Virus record (IMG/VR): IMGVR_UViG_3300046472_000374
Direction: 5' to 3' (one strand)
Length of the DNA: 64,000 bases
DNA from: a virus
This document shows, one piece after another, positions 7,962 through 16,830 of this stretch. A model generated the notes under the pieces. It had not been told where the DNA came from. It saw only the letters and a program-made list of their open reading frames with translations, and searched no databases. Every line of letters begins with the position of its first letter. Position 1 is the first letter of the stretch. Made by a program: the position numbers and the translations under genes.

Positions 7962-10421
7962 CTACTTGATACCCTGCGGCATAAACACCTTCTTCGCCGT
8001 AGCCTTCAGGGACGAAGCGGTCTTCGGAAGGTTCTGGTTCGGGATCCAGTCCCGGAAGACTGGCGGCGGGGTCGGGTTCTTGCCCACCGGCTGCGGTCTG
8101 GCGGTCGGCATCTTCATGGAAGGTACCACCACCGCCACCTTCTGGTTCTCTACCCGGGTCTTCTGGTTGTTGTAGACCAGCTGGATCGGGTAGGTCTTGA
8201 TCTCCCCCGTGTCCAGAGACTCCAGACGTACGTAGTACTGCGAGTTGTCCAGGGCGATGTTACCGTTGGCCTCTCGGCCCGCGAAAGTGAAGGGAGCGTC
8301 GTTCGGGACAACCGTCTCCGTGTAGAACCTCCGGAACGGGTAGGTGGCGAACGCACCGTGAAGCTCCAGCTTCACTCCAGCCTGGCTCACGAAATCGACC
8401 CCATACTCACCATAGGTGTTGTAGTCCTGGTTCAGGCGGGTCGCCAGTTGGTCTGAGAGGGGGCTGTATTCGTTGTGCCTGGTGAAGGTCTGGGCCGCGT
8501 ACACGTACCGGATGTGGTTCTTCTGGAAGAAGTCCACGTCCGTGTCGTAGAAGAGGACGTTCTCCGGTCCCCACTTGCTCCCGATCTCCATCCAGCCCGT
8601 CAGGTCCGACCCGTTCTGGTCCTGGAGCTTCCTGAAGAGGCGCATGTAGTAGATGTCCCGCTGCTGGTTCAGGGGGAGCTTGAAGTTCACCACGATCTGC
8701 TTCCGGGCGGAGTCCGGGCGGACCGTCATCTCGTCCGGAGGAGAGGGAGCGACGGTGTCCATGACGATGCCGTACGCCCAGGTCTTGCTCCATTCCCCGT
8801 TGAAATAGGAGCTGCGGTACGGGGCGAGGGCCTGCGTCTGGCTGGTGTGGCCTGAGAACAAGGTCGGTTCCGGTCCCATGACGCCCATGTAGCTCGGACG
8901 GGTCCAGCGGAGGATGGCCCGGATACGGTAGCGGTAGACCTGCGCGTACTTGATCTTCGAATCGATGTACGTGTTGAGGTCGATGTGGGGAAGGTCGATC
9001 GTCTCCTTCAGGACGAAGGCCCCGCTCGAGTTCCGCTCGTACTTCTCCAGGACGTAACCCACGTACTCGATGTGGGAGAGGCCCGGCGGGGACGCGAATC
9101 CCGGGATCTCGATCTGCCGTGGGTGGTTCTGAAGGCCGGAAGCGTGGAGGACCTCCAGGTTCGGGAGGAACTGGGCCAGCGCCACGGCGTTCTCCGCGTG
9201 CTCCGGGGTCTGCATGGTGTTGATCTTCTCCGGCTGGAGGAGACCACCGATGCTCGGCATGATGAACTTGGCCCGGATCTGGGTGGAGGTGTCCACCGGG
9301 ATCTGGATTTCGGGCGCCTGGATCTTCTGCAGGTGTTCCAGGATCGGGTCCACAGCGATGGCCATGGACTCTCCGGAGCTGGCGGTCCTCGCCTTGAACC
9401 CCAGCGGCGGGCTGGAGGCGTGGACACCCTGGATGAACATGAAACCACCCTGGGTCGGGGGCTTTTCGATCGAGAACTTCCCCGAGAACAGGTTGGTCTT
9501 GTCGTCCGTCTTGCCCGCCGAGATGGCTTCGTTGTTCACACGGCCAGCGTACATGACACCGTTGGTCAGCGAGTGGATGTTGGCCTTCATCTCTTCGAAG
9601 GAGATGCCGGCAAAGTCAGGGTGCTGGAGGAACGTGTCCTCGTCCAGGTAGGCGTAGGGCTCCGTAGAGACCACCGGATGGCTGATCCCCGAGGTGTTGC
9701 TCGGCATGTCCACGACGGCGTGGATGGTACCGGGGCTGATGTGCCCGTTCGCCAGGCTCTGCTTGATGAGAGCGAAGTCGTTCAGGTGTTGCGGGGTGAA
9801 CTTGATGCCCTTGGTGGTGACCGCGGTCGGACGACGCAGTTCCGTCCCGAACTGGATGGGCTTGGTGTCGTCCCGCTTGTTGGTCGCCGGCTTGACGGCG
9901 TACTGCTTCGCCAGGTCAGGAGCCGAGTTCCACACGATGCGGTTGAACCGAGGGATGTCTTCCATCTTCCGGTCGCCGACGGCCTGGGTGTCGTCGTTCA
10001 GCTCATCCGGGACCCAGAAGTTGTAGGTCGGGAAGACCTCGATGTCGAAATCATGATAGATCGTCTCGAAGGTCGCCGGACCGGACTCCATGGAGACCAG
10101 CTCTGGCTGTACCGCCGGAGTGGTCGTGATGAACGACGGGGCTCCCGGTCCGATCTGGCTGGGGCTCGATGAGAGCGGGGCGGGAAGACGCGGCGGCGGG
10201 GAGAAGACGGTGATCGGGCTCGGAAGCGACGGGAACACCTTGTTGATCATGCTCGGGATTCCCATGTTCCCGAGCACGGGCGTGGCGACGTGATCGACCG
10301 TGATGGTCGCGTTCGAAGTCCCGAAGAGCGGACTTCCTTGGATGACGGCGGACGAAGCCTGCCCCTCGACATCGAAGGGATGGCTGAACAGTCCGAGTCC
10401 TGAGAATAGCTTGAGCGCCAT
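7962..10421 (-). CDS. Large putative virion protein with FN3-like repeats
   Basis: YRYRIRAILRW, PSPPDEMTV and YVYAAQT FN3-type strands; Pro-rich termini; structural block. Confidence 0.5.
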   Translation of the reverse strand: MALKLFSGLGLFSHPFDVEGQASSAVIQGSPLFGTSNATITVDHVATPVLGNMGIPSMINKVFPSLPSPITVFSPPPRLPAPLSSSPSQIGPGAPSFITTTPAVQPELVSMESGPATFETIYHDFDIEVFPTYNFWVPDELNDDTQAVGDRKMEDIPRFNRIVWNSAPDLAKQYAVKPATNKRDDTKPIQFGTELRRPTAVTTKGIKFTPQHLNDFALIKQSLANGHISPGTIHAVVDMPSNTSGISHPVVSTEPYAYLDEDTFLQHPDFAGISFEEMKANIHSLTNGVMYAGRVNNEAISAGKTDDKTNLFSGKFSIEKPPTQGGFMFIQGVHASSPPLGFKARTASSGESMAIAVDPILEHLQKIQAPEIQIPVDTSTQIRAKFIMPSIGGLLQPEKINTMQTPEHAENAVALAQFLPNLEVLHASGLQNHPRQIEIPGFASPPGLSHIEYVGYVLEKYERNSSGAFVLKETIDLPHIDLNTYIDSKIKYAQVYRYRIRAILRWTRPSYMGVMGPEPTLFSGHTSQTQALAPYRSSYFNGEWSKTWAYGIVMDTVAPSPPDEMTVRPDSARKQIVVNFKLPLNQQRDIYYMRLFRKLQDQNGSDLTGWMEIGSKWGPENVLFYDTDVDFFQKNHIRYVYAAQTFTRHNEYSPLSDQLATRLNQDYNTYGEYGVDFVSQAGVKLELHGAFATYPFRRFYTETVVPNDAPFTFAGREANGNIALDNSQYYVRLESLDTGEIKTYPIQLVYNNQKTRVENQKVAVVVPSMKMPTARPQPVGKNPTPPPVFRDWIPNQNLPKTASSLKATAKKVFMPQGIK

Positions 10422-10424
10422 GTC

Positions 10425-12728
10425 TTATCTCAACAGCTTGTTGCGAATGCCGACCGGGACGGTGGTGTTGTCATCACGGTTGGCAAGCGGAGCTTGGCGT
10501 GGGGGTGCGACCGGGATACCCGCCACCCGCGAAGGCGGCACGAACACCGTGGCCGGAGGAGGCGGCGGAACGTAGACGAACTGCGGGGGAGGAGCCGGCT
10601 GGGTGACTCCCTGCGCCGTCGTGTCTCCGCCGCCACGGTTCGGACCTTCGTCAGCGAACAGCCTGATCGTCCTGGTCAGGTCGCTGAGACCGTCGTAGGT
10701 CGTGAGGTCGATGATGCCGTTCTGGCTGGCCGGCAGCTGGTTCAGGTACTGGACGTCTCCCTGGGTGACCGTGTCATTGGTGACGTTTGGGTCCGGGACG
10801 TTGATCTCCTGCGGGGTGGCGTGGACGTTCCCTCCCGTCCCACCGGCGTGGCCCAGTCGTAGACCAGTGATGGAAGAACGATCGGTCGCCAGTCCCTTGT
10901 TGTTGAGCAGGGCCGGAAGGTTGGTCCCCAGGGTCTTGAGGTCCAGTGTCGCCGTCTCCGGATCGACCGCGGCGATGATGCCGCTCAGCAGCGGGCTGGT
11001 CCCGACGTTCAGGGTGCCGGCGCGGTTCAGTCCGGCGGGGTTCGGCTGCTCCGTCCCCTCGAAGTAGTAGAGGATGCCGGTCTCGTGGAGGATCTCGGCG
11101 ATGGTCTGGCTCACGCCGAAGTTGTTCACGCTGTCCGTGACGGCCTTGACGACGTCGTTCACGTTCTTTGGGGTCACGAAGAGACCGCGGTCCATGAAGT
11201 CCAGGAGGTGCGACAGGCGCGCGCCCAGGTACGAGAACCGACGGGTGTCCAGGTTGGAGTCGTTCCGGTTGACCGAGGCCCGTCCGTTGACGGCCGCGAG
11301 GATCCAGTCGAACTGGCTGTTCCCGAAGAGCTGCAACGAGATGATCGGCCACGGGTTGATGTCGTCCGTGTTGGGCGATCCGTAGTACTGCTGGGCCAGC
11401 TGGGCAAGGGTCGACTGCACCTTGGACCGGGCCGTGTTGGCCAGGGTCGTCGGGTTGGTCGGAACCTGGAAGAGCTGGTCCTTGGCGTCGTTCTGGATCT
11501 GGTATGCCTGCACCGTGTAGAGGTAGTACTGGTCCGGCGAGCAGGAGTTGTCCAGGTACGCCCAGACCTGGGTGTCGTCGATGGTGTCGTAGAAGGTCAG
11601 GATGTGCGCGTTCAGGTAGTCCCGCAGGTGGTCCATGGACATCTGCAGGTCCTTGTTGCTCACCTGGATGGAACGCTCGGTGTTGTCGAACACCCCGCGA
11701 CGCTTCAGGATGTAGCCACTGGCGTCCGGGATCTTCTTCCACCCGATGACCATGCCCTGGAGCTCGTCACCCGGCTGGAAGTCCGCCGTGAAGACGACCT
11801 TGGGCTGACGCTTCCTGAAGTCGAAGGCCGAGAGCAGCTCCAGGTCCTTCTGGGCCCGGATCTCGTCGGCCGATGGGAGGAACCTCATCAGGTCGGTGGC
11901 TGGGTTGCCGCCCGAGCCGTACCCGTCCATCGAAAGGGTGAAGGAATTGATCTGGGCGGCCACGTTCGTGACCTTCGTGAGGTCCAGCTTTCCCTGGGAC
12001 TGGGCGGTCAGGAGGTCCACATAGGCCCCGATGTTGAAGACCAGAGTGTCTGCGTCGGTCGAGGTGATGCTCAGGCCCAGGCCGGAGTTTCCGACCCGCT
12101 TGGCGTTGGCCTCACGGGCCGCCTGGATGTTCGAGATGAGCACGAACGGGTTGTCCGGCGGCTGCAGTCCCTGGTTGGAAGCCTGGGCGATGAAGGCGGA
12201 CGTCCGGTTGATGAAGTCAAAGACGTTGTTCCGGGCCTGCATGGACGCGTTGCGGACGGCGACGCTGTCGCTCGTGTCGGTCGGAGTGATCAGGGAGTAG
12301 GAAGGCGCAGCCACGTTCACGTACGGGAACACCATCCCGGGGGAAGTCGGCAGCGCACGCTGGACAGAGATGGCCGGTTGGACCGTGTGAATCGGAGAAA
12401 GGGCCACCATCGCCAGGGTCTTTTGGGCCACTCCCGAAGGCACTCCGAGGAGGGCGGCGACCTTGTTGCACTTGTCCAGGTAATCCTGCCCTATCGATGC
12501 CGGAGGGGTTCCCATCACATCGGCGAAGTCCCAGATGGTCTTCTGGTTGGCCGTGAGGTTGGGAGGGACGATCGGCGGCTGGATGATGACCTGGTGCGAC
12601 ACCGGAGGAGGAGGCACGAGGACCGAGTGGTTCGGAGGCGCAGGAGTAGGCCGGGGCGCAGCAGGCTGGCGGACGCCCGTGGGCGGTCCGACGACGACTC
12701 CTCTAGATCCTCCTCCGAGATTGATCAT
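10425..12728 (-). CDS. Large putative virion protein, Pro-rich termini, one FN3-like segment
   Basis: 767-aa ORF coupled to neighbours; GWKKIPDASGY...YYLYTVQAY. Confidence 0.5.
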   Translation of the reverse strand: MINLGGGSRGVVVGPPTGVRQPAAPRPTPAPPNHSVLVPPPPVSHQVIIQPPIVPPNLTANQKTIWDFADVMGTPPASIGQDYLDKCNKVAALLGVPSGVAQKTLAMVALSPIHTVQPAISVQRALPTSPGMVFPYVNVAAPSYSLITPTDTSDSVAVRNASMQARNNVFDFINRTSAFIAQASNQGLQPPDNPFVLISNIQAAREANAKRVGNSGLGLSITSTDADTLVFNIGAYVDLLTAQSQGKLDLTKVTNVAAQINSFTLSMDGYGSGGNPATDLMRFLPSADEIRAQKDLELLSAFDFRKRQPKVVFTADFQPGDELQGMVIGWKKIPDASGYILKRRGVFDNTERSIQVSNKDLQMSMDHLRDYLNAHILTFYDTIDDTQVWAYLDNSCSPDQYYLYTVQAYQIQNDAKDQLFQVPTNPTTLANTARSKVQSTLAQLAQQYYGSPNTDDINPWPIISLQLFGNSQFDWILAAVNGRASVNRNDSNLDTRRFSYLGARLSHLLDFMDRGLFVTPKNVNDVVKAVTDSVNNFGVSQTIAEILHETGILYYFEGTEQPNPAGLNRAGTLNVGTSPLLSGIIAAVDPETATLDLKTLGTNLPALLNNKGLATDRSSITGLRLGHAGGTGGNVHATPQEINVPDPNVTNDTVTQGDVQYLNQLPASQNGIIDLTTYDGLSDLTRTIRLFADEGPNRGGGDTTAQGVTQPAPPPQFVYVPPPPPATVFVPPSRVAGIPVAPPRQAPLANRDDNTTVPVGIRNKLLR

Positions 12729-15700
12729 TTAGAAGAACCTCCGGCTGAGCGTCGAAAGGAAGACCTTGGACGACAGGGCGGACGGGGCCGGCGGAGGCGA
12801 GACCTTTCGGATCGCCGCCGGAGGCGGGGCAGGAATGGAACGCACGGGCGCACGAAGCGCGATGGCCGCCGGAGGCGGGATCGAACGGACGGTCAAGGAC
12901 GTCGGACGGATCGCGATGTTCGGGACGAGGACGTTGACCTTGGAGATCATAGGATCGGGAGTGGCGGACAGGGTGACCTTCTCCTGCGGAGTCAGGATGA
13001 CGTCGATCTTCTTCTCAAAAGAATCGTCCGTCACCTTGATGGCCCGGTAGACCCAGTCGGACGTCTGGCCACCAGCGACCGAGACCGAACGGATCCGATA
13101 GAAGTAGGTGTTCCCGAAGTCGACCGACTGGTCGATGTAGTGGTGCTGGCCAGACAACAGACCCTGGGACCCGGCTCCTCCGAGGAAGCCAGCCTGGGCG
13201 GCGTCATCGTCGGTCCGCTCCCGGAACCGGCTGGACTCCGAGTAGACCGTCCGGAACGGGTTGTACTCGAGGTTGGCGAAGTCGGAGGCATTCAAGTTGT
13301 TCAGCTTGGCGGCGGCCACATTGTTCACGACGGCCCGCTCGATCTCCCAGCGATCGACGACTCCCGAGGCCGTGGAAGTGTCCCAGTTCAGGGCCACGTA
13401 AAACGGACGGGACTTGCTGTCGGTCGGCTTCACGCGAAAGTTCAGGACCGAGCTCACCGGCACCGAGGCGTTGATGACGATGACGTCGCTGAAGTTCGAG
13501 GTGAAGTTTCCCGACTGGAACGCCTGCACCCGGTAGGCATAGGACTCGTTCTGGACGATCTGCGGGGGTGACTGGGGATCGGGAACAAGCATGCTGGCGA
13601 TCGAGGCTGACTGCTGGGTGCCGATCTGCCTGAGGTAATTCTGCTCCGCAAAGCCCGTGGGGGTCACCAGCGCCACCGGAGTCTGGTAGGCGATGCTCTG
13701 GATGGGCGGGGCGGCCGCATCGAAAAAGTTCTTGTTCGAGACCATCGGGAAGTTGTACCAGTTGTCATCACCGACGTGCCGGCGCTGGACCTGATAGAGG
13801 GTCCGCGACGCGGTCTCAAGCAGCTGTTCCTGGTTTCCGACCAGGTCTTCGGCCGAGATGTCGATGTTTCCGTCCTGCCACGTGAGCGAGATGCCGGTGA
13901 CCTGGCTGCCCGAGTTCTGGGTGGTGGCCTGCAGGTTCTGCGGCTCGTAGACGGCGGCCGCCACGGCCACGAACAGGGACGGCGAGATGGCGGTGGGGGT
14001 CACGTTGCCGAACTTGTCCATGCCATGGAGCCGGTACTGGTACGTGTGCTCGGTCACGACGGCGGCGTCCTGGAAGACGATCTGCTCCTGGTGGTTCTCG
14101 AAGAGACCGTTCCAAAGCTTCTTGCGGTCCGGGTCGTATCCGAAGCGGACGTCGTCGAAACGGTGACCGGCACGAAGGTGGTCTGTCAGACCGAGCTTGA
14201 TGTGCTCGATCTGTCCGGGCGGGACGAAGGCCGACTGTCCCAGGCTGGTGTCACGACGGGCCAGGAAGAGCCGTGTCACCCGGGTATCCTCACACTGGAA
14301 TGTGAGCTTGATCTGGCCGGTGAAGGCGTCCAGCTCTGCCAGGAGGTGCGGGGTCGCGAGGTCCACGTGCTTCTCGTTCTCTGGCCAGAAGATCTGGAAC
14401 TCCTTGGGCGCCTCGCTCTTGTTTCCGAAGATGTCGACCGAGAAGACCCGGTAGACGTACTTGTGTCCGGGCTTGGTGTCGCGGTCGTAGAACACCCCGC
14501 CGACATTCGTCCTGTTCAGGGCCTCGCCCACCTGGGTGAAGCCGTTCGGCAGGGGCGGGCGGGTATCCTCGCTGAGGTGGTAACCCTTGGTACCGTTCAG
14601 GACGGTGATCTTCCGGTTGCCCGTGTTCGGGATGCCGGTCAGCTCCTTGCGGTAGATCTCGAACTTCTCCACCAGGAGGTCGTCCACCGACACGTTGATG
14701 GAGATGGCGTTGCCGAGGATGAAGCCGCCGGCCTTCGTGGGGGCCTGCGGGATGCGAAGACCGTCCACATTGATCTGCACGATCTTGGAGCGGGTGCTCT
14801 CCGCCATGTTGTTGTCCACCGTCACGATGTAGTAGCGGTAGGACTTGGCGTAGTGGATGGTGTAGTCTTCGAAGGTGTACTCGACCGTGTCACCGATCAG
14901 CCGTCCCGACAGCTTGTCAGGAGACATGAAGGCGATCTCCTTGAACTCCAGCTTGTTCGCCTGGTCGATGATGAAGTTGCTGGTGCTCTGCTGGGCGAAG
15001 TTGGTCCGGTTGTTCCGGAGCGCCTGCTTACCGAGCTTGGAGGCGTTGGCGATGATGGCGGCGGAACCGACCTGCACGCCCTTCGGGGCCAGGGTGGCCG
15101 CCAGGTGCGGGTTCTGCAGCTGCAGGTTCCGGAGCGAGTTCAGGTTGACGCTCACGGACTTGTCCAGGCTCTTGAAGCTGGACGGGTCGATGAACGGTGC
15201 CAGGTCCGCGTCGCCCACTTCGGAGTTCGGACGGTCTTGCGCCGAGTGGTGATCGGTGGCGGTGAGCCGTTCGTCCTGCGACTGCACCCGGAGGTTCCGG
15301 AGCGGGTCGGTCGGGTTGAGGGCCGAGAGGGCGTTGTCGATGGACATGTCCGACAGCTGCCGCTCGTACTGCCCGATGTAGTCCTGGTTCTTGGCCCGAC
15401 TACGGAGCGGGTGGGCGCAGAGCCTCTCGATGGCGTTCACCGAGAGACGGGCCGGAGTCCGCTGGAAGAAGTCCGGGTTGTCCACGGTCGCGCGGAAGAT
15501 GCGGATCGCCTTGAGGGAACCGTCGGCCACCGTGCCCTGAGGAACCGTGAACTGGACCGTCGCGAAGAACAGATCCAGGACGCCCTTGTACACGTTCATC
15601 TCCACCGTGATGTGGTCGATGTCCGCGACGGACGTGTTGACGGACTTCCCGTGCCCCTTCAGAGAGACCGGGAGGAAGTTGTTGACAGAGTGCTGCACCA

Positions 15701-16127
15701 GGTCGGCGGTGTGGGCCAACAGGCGCTTCTGGATGGAGTTTACCGGGTGGGTGCCCAGGGCAGACCCGATGTCCTTGGCGAAGGCTCCCTGCTGGACCTT
15801 CAGGTCATGATCGTCGAAGGCCGGGATACGAGCACTGTTCGGCTGACCGTTGGGGGAGATCCCCTGCAGCTGGGCGCGCATGGCCTGCAGCTGGGCCAAA
15901 CCGAGCGCTCCCGCCTGGGCCACGACCATGGCGGTCGTCTTCAGACCGGAGGCGTGATCGACGATATGTTCGGCGTTCGAGGTAATGTTCCCGTCCTGGG
16001 AGTCATTGTTCTCGAACTGGTCCTTGCTCGTGAACTTGCGCGCGGACGAGCCGTTCGTCATCGATTCACGGGTCTTCCCGTGGACGTTGATCCCGGTCCT
16101 GAAGCCTGTAGACTTACTTACCGCCAC
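12729..16127 (-). CDS. Large putative virion protein with multiple FN3-like repeats
   Basis: Repeated YRYYIVTVD, YVYRVFSVDIFGNKS, YQYRLHGMDKFGN, YAYRVQAF, YFYRIRSVS; GTG start. Confidence 0.55.
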   Translation of the reverse strand: MAVSKSTGFRTGINVHGKTRESMTNGSSARKFTSKDQFENNDSQDGNITSNAEHIVDHASGLKTTAMVVAQAGALGLAQLQAMRAQLQGISPNGQPNSARIPAFDDHDLKVQQGAFAKDIGSALGTHPVNSIQKRLLAHTADLVQHSVNNFLPVSLKGHGKSVNTSVADIDHITVEMNVYKGVLDLFFATVQFTVPQGTVADGSLKAIRIFRATVDNPDFFQRTPARLSVNAIERLCAHPLRSRAKNQDYIGQYERQLSDMSIDNALSALNPTDPLRNLRVQSQDERLTATDHHSAQDRPNSEVGDADLAPFIDPSSFKSLDKSVSVNLNSLRNLQLQNPHLAATLAPKGVQVGSAAIIANASKLGKQALRNNRTNFAQQSTSNFIIDQANKLEFKEIAFMSPDKLSGRLIGDTVEYTFEDYTIHYAKSYRYYIVTVDNNMAESTRSKIVQINVDGLRIPQAPTKAGGFILGNAISINVSVDDLLVEKFEIYRKELTGIPNTGNRKITVLNGTKGYHLSEDTRPPLPNGFTQVGEALNRTNVGGVFYDRDTKPGHKYVYRVFSVDIFGNKSEAPKEFQIFWPENEKHVDLATPHLLAELDAFTGQIKLTFQCEDTRVTRLFLARRDTSLGQSAFVPPGQIEHIKLGLTDHLRAGHRFDDVRFGYDPDRKKLWNGLFENHQEQIVFQDAAVVTEHTYQYRLHGMDKFGNVTPTAISPSLFVAVAAAVYEPQNLQATTQNSGSQVTGISLTWQDGNIDISAEDLVGNQEQLLETASRTLYQVQRRHVGDDNWYNFPMVSNKNFFDAAAPPIQSIAYQTPVALVTPTGFAEQNYLRQIGTQQSASIASMLVPDPQSPPQIVQNESYAYRVQAFQSGNFTSNFSDVIVINASVPVSSVLNFRVKPTDSKSRPFYVALNWDTSTASGVVDRWEIERAVVNNVAAAKLNNLNASDFANLEYNPFRTVYSESSRFRERTDDDAAQAGFLGGAGSQGLLSGQHHYIDQSVDFGNTYFYRIRSVSVAGGQTSDWVYRAIKVTDDSFEKKIDVILTPQEKVTLSATPDPMISKVNVLVPNIAIRPTSLTVRSIPPPAAIALRAPVRSIPAPPPAAIRKVSPPPAPSALSSKVFLSTLSRRFF

Positions 16128-16800
16128 GCGCCTTTACCTTCGGCCTGGTGCCGACATAGAAAATCAGATCATTGTTGAAGGCCATGTCGTTGTTCGTGTC
16201 CCGACGATCCTTCACTTCCACGATGCCCTCGCTTCCCGTCCTGAAGACCCGGACGAGGACACCTTCCTGGTGTTGCTTGTCCGGGGCCACCTCGAGGGGA
16301 AGGAGCTCCATGAGGAAGCGGGTGTCCTGCGAATCGTACCGGTCGTACCCGTGGTCGATCGGTCCCTGCTGCTGCACGATGTTGCCGTACTGGTCCGTCT
16401 TCGTATAGAGGATCTGGTGCTTCTGCTGCTTGATCTCCAGGTTCGACGGGCCGTGCGGGGCGTCCGAGGCCGTCAGCCTGGGAAGGTACTGGGCACCCTG
16501 CCTCATCGTGAACAACGGACGGTGGACGTTCGTGAAATCCGACCCGCTCATGTTGAACCCGGTCCGGTATCCAGAGACCGCCTCTCGGACGGGCTGGATC
16601 TCGATCAGGTCGTTCTTCGTCCCCGAAAGGGCCTGGGCCGACAACGATCCGCTCTGACTGACGTAGGGATCGTAGTCCACTTCGTCGTCGAACAGGGCAA
16701 AATAGACGAACTGGAGCTGACCCTGGGAGAGAAGCTTCTTCCCTTCCATTGTCAGGACCATGTCTACGACCCGAGTGTTCTTGTCGAGGAATCCGGCCAT
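16114..16800 (-). CDS. Putative baseplate/tail-collar protein (paralog of 7188-7904)
   Basis: MAGFLDKNTRVVDMVLTMEGKKLLSQG...FALFDDEVDY. Confidence 0.55.
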   Translation of the reverse strand: MAGFLDKNTRVVDMVLTMEGKKLLSQGQLQFVYFALFDDEVDYDPYVSQSGSLSAQALSGTKNDLIEIQPVREAVSGYRTGFNMSGSDFTNVHRPLFTMRQGAQYLPRLTASDAPHGPSNLEIKQQKHQILYTKTDQYGNIVQQQGPIDHGYDRYDSQDTRFLMELLPLEVAPDKQHQEGVLVRVFRTGSEGIVEVKDRRDTNNDMAFNNDLIFYVGTRPKVKARGGK

Positions 16801-16810
16801 CTTATCCTTC

Positions 16811-16817
16811 TAAATAG
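16811..16817 (-). promoter_or_regulatory. Putative late-promoter motif CTATTTAG
   Basis: CTATTTAGAAGGATAAG-ATG directly upstream of 16800. Confidence 0.55.
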
Positions 16818-16830
16818 GCCTACCCTCGGT

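Noticed and set aside
11085-13571. Long plus-strand ORFs (828 aa here; also 13776-16178, 26620-28614, 56785-59583 and many shorter)
   Set aside because: Antisense shadows of high-GC minus-strand genes: V/D/R/G-rich, no family motifs, no SD, fully overlapping well-supported CDSs.
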